Origin: Phycisphaerae bacterium | GTDB taxonomy: Bacteria; Planctomycetota; Phycisphaerae; Sedimentisphaerales; Anaerohalosphaeraceae | Assembly (NCBI GenBank): GCA_016782835.1 | Contig: JADHXS010000001.1 | Location: 8,313-72,312, forward strand | Reading direction: 5' to 3' | Length of the DNA: 64,000 nt | Shown: positions 8,220-17,025 of the stretch, piece by piece | How the letters are laid out: every line of letters begins with the position of its first letter | Position numbering within the stretch: the first letter of the stretch is position 1 | Program-made: the position numbers and the translations under genes | Notes under the pieces: generated by a model | The model's input: the letters and a program-made list of their open reading frames with translations, nothing else | Told to the model about the DNA's origin: nothing | The model's database searches: none

Positions 8220-8576
8220 TCAAGATGTTTGACTTCTTTGAAGAATAGCTGAGAATATTAGTGTCAATTCTTTTGCCTCTTTTTCTAAAAATGCACGCAT
8301 GGATTCTGATTCTGAATCATCGGTTTTCAGGAGTTTCAACCAATATTCCGATTCCTTCGCTTCTTTGCGGGATATTTTGATGCGCATCCTGAAATCTTTT
8401 TTGCCCAATGCTTCGTTTGCCTCAATGTAATTGGCGCCTACAGAGCCGCTGGATCGAATTAACTGTTGAATATCATTGAGCTTGAGATGATTTCTGGGAT
8501 ACTGTTGCGTAAACTCTCTGACTTCTTTAGCGAAAAGAAAAGTGCGTTCCGCCAGATCGTAAGGTTTTGCTTCCAT
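8220..8576 (-). CDS. four-helix-bundle protein (23S rRNA intervening-sequence protein / Avd-like family)
   Basis: 118 aa. SSGSVGANYIEANEALGKKDFRMRIKISRKEAKESEYWLKLL is the family signature. Confidence 0.8.
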   Translation of the reverse strand: MEAKPYDLAERTFLFAKEVREFTQQYPRNHLKLNDIQQLIRSSGSVGANYIEANEALGKKDFRMRIKISRKEAKESEYWLKLLKTDDSESESMRAFLEKEAKELTLIFSAILQRSQTS

Positions 8577-8649
8577 GTTTCCGATCCCCTTCTTTTTTGA
8601 GATTAGAAATTGGAATTTGTTTGGAATTTAGTCTTTGGTTCTTGGAAAT

Positions 8650-8690
8650 TAAAAAAGGCGGATTTTTCAGGTCCGCCTTTTCTTTTTTTA
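8650..8690 (-). terminator. intrinsic terminator after leuB (bidirectional shape)
   Basis: Stem AGGCGGA/TCCGCCT (8656-8662/8672-8678), flanked by an A-run and a T-run. Confidence 0.7.
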
Positions 8691-9773
8691 TTCTGCAACT
8701 AACTCCGCGACCATATCACCAACTTCGCTGGTGGTGTAGCCCATCTGCTTAGCAGCCAGTGATTTCAGCTTGTTGGCTGTCACGAATCGAACCGCCACGT
8801 CGATTCTTTCGGCAGCCGTCTGTTCGCCCAGCGTTTCGAGCATCATCTGCATTGCGCAGATCGCGGCCAGCGGATTGATGACGCCCTTGCCGGTGTATTT
8901 TGGAGCGGATCCGCCGATCGGCTCAAACATGCTGACGCCTTCGGGGTTGATGTTACCGCCGGCGGCAATACCCATGCCGCCCTGCGTAATCGCGCCAAGG
9001 TCGGTGATAATATCGCCGAACAGGTTACCGGTCACCAGCACATCAAACCATTCCGGGCTCTTAACCATCCACATACACGTCGCGTCCACATGGTAATAAT
9101 CCCGGCGGATATCCGGATAGTCCTTTTTGCCCATTTCATGAAACGCCCGTTCCCACAGGTCATAGAGAAACGTCAGCACGTTGGTCTTGCCAACCAGGCC
9201 AAGCGTGTTTTCTTCGCCGACGCCGCGGGCTTTCTTACCGTGCTTGCGGGCATATTCAAAAGCGTATTTCAAACAGCGATCCACCTGAAAACGCGTATAG
9301 ACCGCCGTCTGCGTCGCCACTTCATGCGGCGTATCTTTCATCATCAACCCGCCGGAACCGGTATAAATATCACCGGAGTTTTCACGAACAACAACGTAAT
9401 CGATCTCTTTGGGGCCTTTGCCTTTCAGCGGGGTTTCCACGCCGGGGAACAGACGCACCGGACGCAGGTTGATGTACTGATCCAGCGCGAAACGGGCTTT
9501 GAGCAGAATGCCTTTTTCGAGAATACCCGGTGCCACGTCCGGATGCCCGATCGCGCCCAGCAGAATCGCATCCTGTTTTTTGAATTCGGAGATCGCGCTG
9601 TCCGGCAGCGTCTCGCCGGTCCGTTTATAACGCTCGCCGCCGAAATCATACTCGGTCTGCTCGACCTTAAAGCCGAATTTCGCACACGCCGCCTCCATGA
9701 CCTTGACCGCTTCAACGGTCACTTCCGGGCCGGTCCCGTCCCCGCCCATCACGCCAATCTTGTACGTCTTCAT
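8688..9773 (-). CDS. leuB: 3-isopropylmalate dehydrogenase
   Basis: 361 aa isocitrate/isopropylmalate dehydrogenase family (GGDGTGPEV, NLFGDIITD). Sits in the leuACD context. Confidence 0.85.
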   Translation of the reverse strand: MKTYKIGVMGGDGTGPEVTVEAVKVMEAACAKFGFKVEQTEYDFGGERYKRTGETLPDSAISEFKKQDAILLGAIGHPDVAPGILEKGILLKARFALDQYINLRPVRLFPGVETPLKGKGPKEIDYVVVRENSGDIYTGSGGLMMKDTPHEVATQTAVYTRFQVDRCLKYAFEYARKHGKKARGVGEENTLGLVGKTNVLTFLYDLWERAFHEMGKKDYPDIRRDYYHVDATCMWMVKSPEWFDVLVTGNLFGDIITDLGAITQGGMGIAAGGNINPEGVSMFEPIGGSAPKYTGKGVINPLAAICAMQMMLETLGEQTAAERIDVAVRFVTANKLKSLAAKQMGYTTSEVGDMVAELVAE

Positions 9774-9882
9774 AAAAAACTATCCTTTCGTGAACATCTT
9801 ATTGAGTTATCGCTTCATTCAATTGGTTGCCAAAATAAAATGTCAAAATGCAAAAAGCAAAATGACAGATTAAAATTTAAAT

Positions 9883-10254
9883 TTATTTCCGTCCCTTCAG
9901 GGTCAGGATGCTCGACCCAAAAATCTTGGAATATTCCTCCAATTCGTCCAAGAACCATTGAACATCTTCCCGACTGGCCCGTTTGCTGTCACGCAACAAA
10001 GCAAACCAAAGTTTACTTTCATTCGTTGACTTCAACGACGTATTGAAGTAGTTTGTAAAATCTTTCTTACTGCTCGCAGATTGCCCTTCTACATAATTGC
10101 CAATTATACTTGTACCGCTACGCAGCAATTGGTCGCCAATACGCCGTGAAACATTATCGTTTGGCAAAGCATCTAAAAATTCAATCAACCTCAGCGTAAA
10201 CGCATAAAGTCGCTTTTTGAAATCATTCTTGAATTTTTCTTTGTCATTTTGCAT
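9883..10254 (-). CDS. four-helix-bundle protein (23S rRNA intervening-sequence protein family), second copy
   Basis: 123 aa. RSGTSIIGNYVEGQSASSKKDFTNYFNTSLKSTNESKLWFALL. The ATG lies 2 nt after the leuD stop. Confidence 0.8.
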   Translation of the reverse strand: MQNDKEKFKNDFKKRLYAFTLRLIEFLDALPNDNVSRRIGDQLLRSGTSIIGNYVEGQSASSKKDFTNYFNTSLKSTNESKLWFALLRDSKRASREDVQWFLDELEEYSKIFGSSILTLKGRK

Positions 10255-10256
10255 TT

Positions 10257-10739
10257 TTATCTTTGATTTTTAATATGATTCAGCAGTCCGCCGTCATTGA
10301 CGATCTCGATTGCAAAGTCCGGCAGCGGCGTAAACTCAATTGTCGTGCCCTGCGTCTTGTTGTCAATCGTGCCGGCCTTGTAGTCAATTTCCAGCACGTC
10401 GCCGTCGTCAATTTTCTCCAGTGCCCCGTGCAACTCGATGGGGTAGAACCCACAGTTAATGCAGTTGCGATAGAAGATACGCGCAAACGAATGCGCAATG
10501 ACCGCACCGACCTTGGCGCCCTGAATCGCCCAGACCGCGTGTTCACGCGATGAACCGCAGCCAAAGTCGTCACCGCAGACAATCACGTCGCCCGGCTGAC
10601 ATTTGGTCATAAACTCCGTATCCAGATCTTCCATGCAGTGCGTCGCCAACTCGGCGACATCGTCCGTATTCAGATACCGCGCCGGAATAATCTCATCCGT
10701 ATTCACATGGTCCCGTTGATATACATGGGCTTTCGCCAT
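10257..10739 (-). CDS. leuD: 3-isopropylmalate dehydratase small subunit
   Basis: 160 aa. GDDFGCGSSREHA motif, adjacent to leuC. Confidence 0.9.
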   Translation of the reverse strand: MAKAHVYQRDHVNTDEIIPARYLNTDDVAELATHCMEDLDTEFMTKCQPGDVIVCGDDFGCGSSREHAVWAIQGAKVGAVIAHSFARIFYRNCINCGFYPIELHGALEKIDDGDVLEIDYKAGTIDNKTQGTTIEFTPLPDFAIEIVNDGGLLNHIKNQR

Positions 10740-10756
10740 TATAATATCTCCTCAAC

Positions 10757-12019
10757 TTATAGGTATTTTCTCGGGTCAGCCAACTTGCCTTCCACTGCTG
10801 ATGCTGCGGCGGTTGCCGGGCTGGCCAGATACACTTCACTTTTCGGGCTTCCCATGCGACCGACGAAGTTGCGATTGGTCGTGCTGACACATTTTTCGCC
10901 CGCCGCAAGGATGCCCATGAATCCGCCCAGGCACGCTCCGCACGTCGGCGCACTAATCACACAGCCCGCATCATAAAAGATTTCCGCCAGGCCTTCATCG
11001 ATCGCCTGTTTCCAGATTTCCGGTGTCGCCGGCACAACAATCGTACGAATCTTAACCGCTTTGCCTTTGATGATTTCTGCGGCAATGCGTAAATCCTCAA
11101 TCCGTCCGTTCGTACAGCTTCCGATGTAGCACTGGTCCATCGCAAGCCCCGCACATTCGCCGATTGTCTTTCCATTGCTCGGTAAATGCGGAAACGCCAC
11201 CATCGGTTCCAGCGTCGAACAGTCAATCGTATCGTCATGCACATACGCCGCATCCGGGTCCGATTCAAACACGGTATAGTCCGTCTTGCCCTTGAGCCTG
11301 CCGTCCAGATACGCCTTGGTTGTGTCGTCAAAACCGATAACACCGTTCTTGCCGCCCGCTTCAATCGCCATATTCGTAATGGTCATGCGGGCCTCCATCG
11401 TCATCTCTTTCAATGCCGGCCCGACAAATTCCATCGCCTTATACAAAGCACCGTCGGTTCCAATCCGGCGGATGACCTCAAGAATCACATCTTTGCTGTA
11501 AACGCCCTTGCCAAACGAACCGTTGAGCGTAAACTTCATCGACGCAGGCACCTTAAACCAAAGCACACCCGTCGCGATCGCCGCCGCCAAATCCGTCGAG
11601 CCGACGCCCGTTGAAAATGCGCCAAACGCACCATAGGTACAGGTATGCGAATCGCCGCCGACAATCACTTCACCGGGACGAATGTGCCCCTGTTCCGGCA
11701 GCAGCGCATGGCAAACACCCGCACGACCAAGCTTGTAATAAAAGGGGAGCTTTTTCTCTTTCGCCCAGCTATCCAGCCGCTTGTGCAATTCGGCGCTTTT
11801 GATGTCTTTGGCCGGCTGAAAATGGTCCGGCGTGACCACAATCTTTTCCGGGTCAAATACCTTATCGATTCCCTTGTCTTTCAACATCGAAATCGCCGGC
11901 GGCGTGGTTACATCATGACACATAATCATGTCAATATTCGCATTGACCAATTCGCCGGCCTTGACACTGTCTTTACCGGCCGCACGCGCTAAAATCTTTT
12001 CCGTTATCGTCATTCCCAT
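10757..12019 (-). CDS. leuC: 3-isopropylmalate dehydratase large subunit
   Basis: 420 aa aconitase-family protein: [11 protein letters not shown], Cys ligands. Confidence 0.9.
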   Translation of the reverse strand: MGMTITEKILARAAGKDSVKAGELVNANIDMIMCHDVTTPPAISMLKDKGIDKVFDPEKIVVTPDHFQPAKDIKSAELHKRLDSWAKEKKLPFYYKLGRAGVCHALLPEQGHIRPGEVIVGGDSHTCTYGAFGAFSTGVGSTDLAAAIATGVLWFKVPASMKFTLNGSFGKGVYSKDVILEVIRRIGTDGALYKAMEFVGPALKEMTMEARMTITNMAIEAGGKNGVIGFDDTTKAYLDGRLKGKTDYTVFESDPDAAYVHDDTIDCSTLEPMVAFPHLPSNGKTIGECAGLAMDQCYIGSCTNGRIEDLRIAAEIIKGKAVKIRTIVVPATPEIWKQAIDEGLAEIFYDAGCVISAPTCGACLGGFMGILAAGEKCVSTTNRNFVGRMGSPKSEVYLASPATAAASAVEGKLADPRKYL

Positions 12020-12076
12020 AATGTTATCCTGTTAAAATAATCTAACTTTTGACACAGATTCACGCTGATCCGATTT

Positions 12077-12144
12077 GTCATGCCGGGCTTGACCCGGCAT
12101 CCAGCAGATTACGCTCTGGATCCCGGCTCGGAGGCCGGGATGAT
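12077..12144. repeat. REP/REPIN-like doublet of GC hairpins in inverted orientation
   Basis: GTCATGCCGGGCTTGACCCGGCATCCAG (12077-12104), an 11-nt spacer, then the reverse complement of ATCATCCCGGCCTCCGAGCCGGGATCCAG (12116-12144). Confidence 0.75.
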
Positions 12145-12173
12145 AACAACGTTATTTTTAATCTGTGTCTAAA

Positions 12174-13727
12174 TCAAAGCGTTACTTTTTCGTCTTCATT
12201 ATTTCCCGCCGAGGCAACCATCCGGTTGATTGCATCAATATAGGCCTTGGCGCTGGCCTCGATAATATCCGTCGAAACACCTCTGCCGATAAACGTCCGG
12301 CCGGCTTCGTTTTTGATTTGCACCGTCGCCTCACCCATGGCTTCCTTGCCGCCGGTAATCGCCCGAATGCTGTAATTGTCCAGCTTCGGCGATTGACCTG
12401 TCGCCTGGCGAATCGCCTCGTATGCCGCATCCACCGGCCCGTCACCACAGGCGGCGGCCTGAACAATATTGCCGTCCTGCATACGAATCTTCACCGCACC
12501 CGTCGGCAACGTTCCCGTTCCACTGGTCACGTTCAGATATTCCAGATGGTATAACTGCTCGACCATGCGAACTTCGTCATTAATGATCGCCGCAATGTCC
12601 TCGTCAAAGATTTCCTTTTTCTTGTCCGCAATCTCAAGGAATTTTTCATAAGCAGCCTGGATTTCCTTTTCGCTCAGGTTATAGCCAAGCTGCTTGCAGC
12701 GGTCCACAAACCCGTGCCGGCCGGAATGCCGTCCTAAGACCATCCGCGAACCGCTCAGGCCGATCATCTCCGGCGTCATGATTTCATACGTCTCGCGATG
12801 CTTCAAAATGCCGTCCACATGAATCCCCGATTCATGCGCAAACGCATTGCCGCCGACAATTGCCTTGTTCGGCTGAATCACAAACCCTGTCAACTGTGAA
12901 ACCAACTGACTGGTTCGGTAGATTTCTCTTGTGTTGATATTCGTCGTTACGTTACCACCAAAGAAACCCTGACGCGTCTGGATGGTCATCACAATCTCTT
13001 CCATCGCCGCATTGCCCGCACGTTCACCGAGACCGTTGATGGTACACTCAACCTGCCGAGCACCGTTACGCACGCCGGCTAATGAATTAGCCGTCGCAAC
13101 ACCCAAATCGTTGTGGCAGTGCGTACTGATGATAGCTTTGTCAATACCTTTAACATTCGCTTTAAGCTTGGCGATAATCTGCCCGTACTCATACGGCAGG
13201 ATATACCCGACCGTATCCGGAATATTCAGCGTCGCCGCACCGGCCTCAATGACCGCCGCGAGAATCTCATACAAAAATGTCATTTCACTGCGGCAGGCAT
13301 CCTCCGGCGAGAATTCCACATCGTCCGTAAACTGCCGCGCACATTGAACCGCCGCAACCGCCATTTTCAGCACCTCGTCCGGTTTCTTGCGGAGTTTATG
13401 CTCCATGTGAATCGGACTGGTTGCAATAAATGTATGAATGCGACGTTTCGGGGCCGCTTTAAGTGCCTCGCCTGCCGCCTCAATATCGTTGGCATTGGCA
13501 CGGGCCAGACCGCAGATAACCGCACCGCTGACTTGCTCGGCACACAGACGGGTCGCCTCGAACTGGGTCGGTGACGAGACCGGAAAACCCGCCTCAATCA
13601 CATCAACACCCAATTTCACCAACTGATGGGCGATTTCAAGCTTTTCATTGATGGTTAATGAGGCACCGGGGGCTTGCTCACCATCACGAAGCGTTGTATC
13701 AAAAATTATCACTTTTTCTTTAGACAT
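12174..13727 (-). CDS. leuA: 2-isopropylmalate synthase
   Basis: [18 protein letters not shown] start (ATG 13727, AAGGAG 8 nt upstream), HxH motif, C-terminal LeuA dimerisation/regulatory domain. The track start at 13787 runs into a hairpin repeat. Confidence 0.9.
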   Translation of the reverse strand: MSKEKVIIFDTTLRDGEQAPGASLTINEKLEIAHQLVKLGVDVIEAGFPVSSPTQFEATRLCAEQVSGAVICGLARANANDIEAAGEALKAAPKRRIHTFIATSPIHMEHKLRKKPDEVLKMAVAAVQCARQFTDDVEFSPEDACRSEMTFLYEILAAVIEAGAATLNIPDTVGYILPYEYGQIIAKLKANVKGIDKAIISTHCHNDLGVATANSLAGVRNGARQVECTINGLGERAGNAAMEEIVMTIQTRQGFFGGNVTTNINTREIYRTSQLVSQLTGFVIQPNKAIVGGNAFAHESGIHVDGILKHRETYEIMTPEMIGLSGSRMVLGRHSGRHGFVDRCKQLGYNLSEKEIQAAYEKFLEIADKKKEIFDEDIAAIINDEVRMVEQLYHLEYLNVTSGTGTLPTGAVKIRMQDGNIVQAAACGDGPVDAAYEAIRQATGQSPKLDNYSIRAITGGKEAMGEATVQIKNEAGRTFIGRGVSTDIIEASAKAYIDAINRMVASAGNNEDEKVTL

Positions 13728-13782
13728 TTCATGTCTCCTTTTAGAGAAATCCTCAATTGCGGTCATTCTGATCCAACCTTGT

Positions 13783-13808
13783 GTCATTCCGAACGAAAGT
13801 GAGGAATC
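13783..13808. repeat. GC hairpin repeat, variant GTCATTCCGAACGAAAGTGAGGAATC
   Basis: Same GTCATxCC...GGxATC frame as the copies at 12077, 12116 and 29321. Confidence 0.5.
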
Positions 13809-14191
13809 TATTTTCTAAGTTGCGGCAAAGCCGCTTCCGCTTTTTTGCTATTTAATTTTTGATTTTTGACCTCCCAAACCGACCTTCGGTCGGTTTGAAA
13901 TAAGGGGCCTATTATGCACAAAATAGGCGCAAAAATCCACTGGAAAGTTTAAAAAGGGTCTATTTAGAATGGGTAAGGGTAGTTTATGCGCCGCAGGGGC
14001 GCAGAATCAGCAGACCGCTGATGACGGCTGAATTGAAAACACAATATTCATGGTCCTGCTTCATAATTACTATAATATACCATTCCACCACCAAAATGCA
14101 AGACATATTGGGCATTTTTATTGAGAATTCCCGCGAACAATCTAAAATATCAGGAAATAGCACTGTGTTTTTAATGATAAAGGAGCGTCTT

Positions 14192-14464
14192 ATGAAACTG
14201 AATGTCAAAGCATTTGCGTTAGCTTGCGGGCTGTTGTGGGGACTGGGCGTTTTTTTCCTGACGTGGTGGCTGATTCTTCTGGAAGGCAATAACCCGGCCG
14301 GCTGTTTTTTAAACCGCATGTATCCCAGCTACACCATGACGCCTATCGGCAGCATCATCGGCGCGGTCTGGGGATTTTTCGACGCCGGCATCGGCGGCCT
14401 GATTTTCGCATGGCTGTACAACCTGCTGGTCGATAAATGCAGTAAAGAAAAAACCGCCCAGTAA
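14192..14464 (+). CDS. small two-TM membrane protein
   Basis: ATG 14192 preceded by AAGGAG. MKLNVKAFALACGLLWGLGVFFLTWW...GGLIFAWLYNLL. Confidence 0.5.
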   Translation: MKLNVKAFALACGLLWGLGVFFLTWWLILLEGNNPAGCFLNRMYPSYTMTPIGSIIGAVWGFFDAGIGGLIFAWLYNLLVDKCSKEKTAQ

Positions 14465-14494
14465 AGCCGGAGCCGCAAATTCAATTTCAATGGA

Positions 14495-15193
14495 GTGAAC
14501 ATGAGCGAACGGACAGCGGGTTGCGACAAGAAAGCCCCAATGAAGACGCTGTTATCAACACCGGAAAAACGCTTCATCCTGTGGCTGACCCCCCACTTCC
14601 CCGCATGGGTTGAAACGTGGCAGTTGACGCTCTTGACCATCCCGTGGAGCATCGGGATGATTCTGTTCGGCTGGTTGGCGGGTAAGACAGGCAACCGGAA
14701 TTGGCTGTGGGCCTCGTCGGTGATGATTTTCCTGCAATGGTTCACGGATTGTTTTGACGGCGCCATCGGACGCTACAAAAACACCGGCCTGATTAAGTGG
14801 GGCTTTTACATGGACCATTTTTTGGACTTCGTCTTCATGTGTTCGGTCTTCATCGGCTGGTCGTATCTGTTCGACGGCGCGGGCAATAAATTCCTGTGGT
14901 TTATGTCGCTGGGTATGGGCTGCCTGATGGTCAACGCCTTTCTGAGCTTCGGCGCAACCAATCAGTTCAAAATCACCTACCTCGCGACCGGTCCCACCGA
15001 GATGCGGCTGTATTTTATCCTCATCAACACCGCCATCATCTTCTTCGGCACAACCTGGCTCCAAATATGTCTGCCCTACATCTTCATCGCCTTCTGGCTC
15101 GGTATCTGCATCGTCATCTACCGCACCCAAAAACGAATCTGGCAGCTCGATATGGACATCAAGAAGAATCAACGTCAAAACAATAATGAATAA
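14495..15193 (+). CDS. CDP-alcohol phosphatidyltransferase family protein
   Basis: DCFDGAIGRYKNTGLIKWGFYMDHFLD approximates D-x2-DG-x2-AR...G-x3-D-x3-D. Polytopic. ATG 14501 is an alternative start. Confidence 0.6.
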   Translation: MNMSERTAGCDKKAPMKTLLSTPEKRFILWLTPHFPAWVETWQLTLLTIPWSIGMILFGWLAGKTGNRNWLWASSVMIFLQWFTDCFDGAIGRYKNTGLIKWGFYMDHFLDFVFMCSVFIGWSYLFDGAGNKFLWFMSLGMGCLMVNAFLSFGATNQFKITYLATGPTEMRLYFILINTAIIFFGTTWLQICLPYIFIAFWLGICIVIYRTQKRIWQLDMDIKKNQRQNNNE

Positions 15194-15215
15194 AACCCTT
15201 CGAGTTGCACCAGTC

Positions 15216-15244
15216 TTTACAATATCCCTTTCAGCGTATATAAT
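15216..15244 (+). promoter_or_regulatory. sigma-70-type promoter TTTACA-17-TATAAT
   Basis: Hexamers at 15216-15221 and 15239-15244. Confidence 0.45.
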
Positions 15245-15250
15245 AACGGT

Positions 15251-15442
15251 GTGAAAGAAAGCAACAAACATATCTTTGGTGCAGCAAACAATAAACATTC
15301 GGCGGGTCTGAAAGGCGAGGTTTTCACCAGTTCATACGCCATTGTCATTGCCGCGGCAGTCATTGCGGCCGTCATGCTCGCTCTGGCCCTCCGCCAGCGT
15401 TTTCGCCATAATAATAAACCGCCAAATGCCGAAGAAGAGTGA
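15251..15442 (+). CDS. possible 63-aa single-pass membrane peptide (GTG start, no SD)
   Basis: Hydrophobic core YAIVIAAAVIAAVMLALAL. The start coincides with the predicted TSS. May instead be the 5' UTR of the ankyrin gene. Confidence 0.25.
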   Translation: MKESNKHIFGAANNKHSAGLKGEVFTSSYAIVIAAAVIAAVMLALALRQRFRHNNKPPNAEEE

Positions 15443-15527
15443 TTCTTTGAAGTTTACATAACATTTTCATCAGTTTGCGACTATAATGCACAACATATTA
15501 ACTCTTTTTTGTTTTCAGGAGACCACA

Positions 15528-16199
15528 ATGAGAGACCTTGTTCTTTGCGGTATGGCTGCAAGCCTGATGGTGGTATTAGGCAGTTGCAGGCCTAAAAGTG
15601 ACTCTGCAACCGAATCGGTTGAACCCGCTTTGCCGACCGTGGTCCAATCCGCCCCCCCGCAAGAACCGGTCAAACCCGAAGCTCCCCCCGTCCAAAAAAC
15701 CAAACCCGCCTCGCAGGCGTTTTTCGATGCCGCATTGACCGGTGACATCCAAACCGTCGAATCCCAACTGCAGGACGGCGTCAACCCCAATGCCATCAAT
15801 GCCAACAAGCAAACCGCACTGATGCTGGCGGCCTTTAACGGCCACGCGGACATCGTCGAATTGATGATCACTTATGGCGGCGACGTCAATCACGTTGACA
15901 TCAACGGACGCACGGCCCTGATGTTTGCCGCCAGCGGCCCCGCCGAGGCGACTGTTAAGCTGCTGCTTGAAAAAGGTGCCAAGGTCAATATCGCTGAAAG
16001 CACCGAAAAATGGACCGCCTTGATGTTTGCCGCCGCCGAAGGTCAGGCCGCTAACGTCAAGCTCCTGCTGGAACACGGCGCCGACTGGAAACTAAAGGAT
16101 GCCGACAGTGACATGGCCGCCGATTTCGCCGCCCGAAACGGCCATACAGAGGTAGTAAACATGATCGCTGCCTTCGCCAAACAGGCCACCGGCAGTTAA
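15528..16199 (+). CDS. ankyrin-repeat lipoprotein
   Basis: ATG 15528 after CAGGAG. Lipobox VLGSC. Repeated TALMLAAFNGH / TALMFAA motifs. Confidence 0.8.
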   Translation: MRDLVLCGMAASLMVVLGSCRPKSDSATESVEPALPTVVQSAPPQEPVKPEAPPVQKTKPASQAFFDAALTGDIQTVESQLQDGVNPNAINANKQTALMLAAFNGHADIVELMITYGGDVNHVDINGRTALMFAASGPAEATVKLLLEKGAKVNIAESTEKWTALMFAAAEGQAANVKLLLEHGADWKLKDADSDMAADFAARNGHTEVVNMIAAFAKQATGS

Positions 16200-16248
16200 C
16201 ACGGGCAAACACAAACAATAAATTTTCTCGAATTTTGTAAAATTCCCC

Positions 16249-16277
16249 TTGACACAATCGATACATAGGTGTATAGT
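16249..16277 (+). promoter_or_regulatory. sigma-70 promoter TTGACA-17-TATAGT of the marR-family gene
   Basis: Hexamers at 16249-16254 and 16272-16277. Confidence 0.6.
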
Positions 16278-16290
16278 TTATATATAAACT
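16275..16290. promoter_or_regulatory. perfect 16-bp palindrome AGTTTATATATAAACT (candidate MarR operator)
   Basis: Self-complementary and overlaps the -10 hexamer. Confidence 0.55.
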
Positions 16291-16320
16291 TGTTTTAACG
16301 TCAAAAAATAAGGAGTTTCA

Positions 16321-16782
16321 ATGGGCCTGAAAGAAGAATTAAATCTCAGCAAGGATTTTGTCAGCGTCGAACACGAGGCCCTGCTCAATCTCTACTACAC
16401 CACCATCTGCCTGAAAAAACACGCCGCCGAATTCTTCACCCCTTACGGTCTGACGGATGTACAGTTCAACCTGATGCTGTTGCTCAGTCGCCACGGCGGC
16501 AGCGAAGGACTCAGCCAGGCACGTCTTAGCGAGATGATGCTCGTTAACCGCGCCAATATCACCGGGCTAATCGACCGACTGGAAAAGGCCGGCTTCGTCC
16601 AGCGAACCGCCGCCGAAGACCGCCGCTATAACATCATTCAACTAACGCAAAAGGGGCGAAAACTGCTCCAAAAAGCCGATACCGCCTACGCAAAGAAAGT
16701 CCAGAAAGTCATGGGCATCCTGAACAAAACGGACCTGCAGACACTCATCAAGGCCTGCGGCAAAATCCGAAAAAACCTGTAA
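16321..16782 (+). CDS. MarR-family transcriptional regulator
   Basis: 153 aa winged HTH (LSQARLSEMMLVNRANITGLIDRLEKAGFVQR). Confidence 0.85.
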   Translation: MGLKEELNLSKDFVSVEHEALLNLYYTTICLKKHAAEFFTPYGLTDVQFNLMLLLSRHGGSEGLSQARLSEMMLVNRANITGLIDRLEKAGFVQRTAAEDRRYNIIQLTQKGRKLLQKADTAYAKKVQKVMGILNKTDLQTLIKACGKIRKNL

Positions 16783-16928
16783 GGAAAAGACCCCGAAGGG
16801 GTCACAGTAAATTAGCCGGTGGCGTAAGCTGCCGGAAAGGAGATTGCTTCTATACCTAAGCCCCGAAGGGGCGAAAGATATCCGGAAGAACGGCAGGAAT
16901 GATAAAAACCAAATTTTTTTGAACAATT

Positions 16929-16944
16929 AGTTAATATATAAACT
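16929..16944. promoter_or_regulatory. second operator-like copy AGTTAATATATAAACT
   Basis: 15/16 identical to the palindrome at 16275-16290; upstream of the SGNH hydrolase gene. Confidence 0.5.
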
Positions 16945-17025
16945 ATATAGAAGTAGATAGAAAGGAGGCTTCAAATGTTAGTGGAATTATCCATACCATC
17001 TTTATTTTATCGAAAGGAGGTTGCG

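Noticed and set aside
12049-12243. Short ORFs with peptide strings such as CHAGLDPASS / LDPGSRLGGRDD (also 29246-29503, 57399-57596, 1734-2030).
   Set aside because: They are translations of the GC hairpin repeats (REP-like elements). They are intergenic and have no start context.
13728-14000. A Leu leader peptide/attenuator or T-box might lie upstream of leuA. The same was considered upstream of pheT (2981-3281).
   Set aside because: There is no Leu-rich mini-ORF, no T-box sequence and no specifier-loop architecture. Only generic hairpins and heptamer runs are present.
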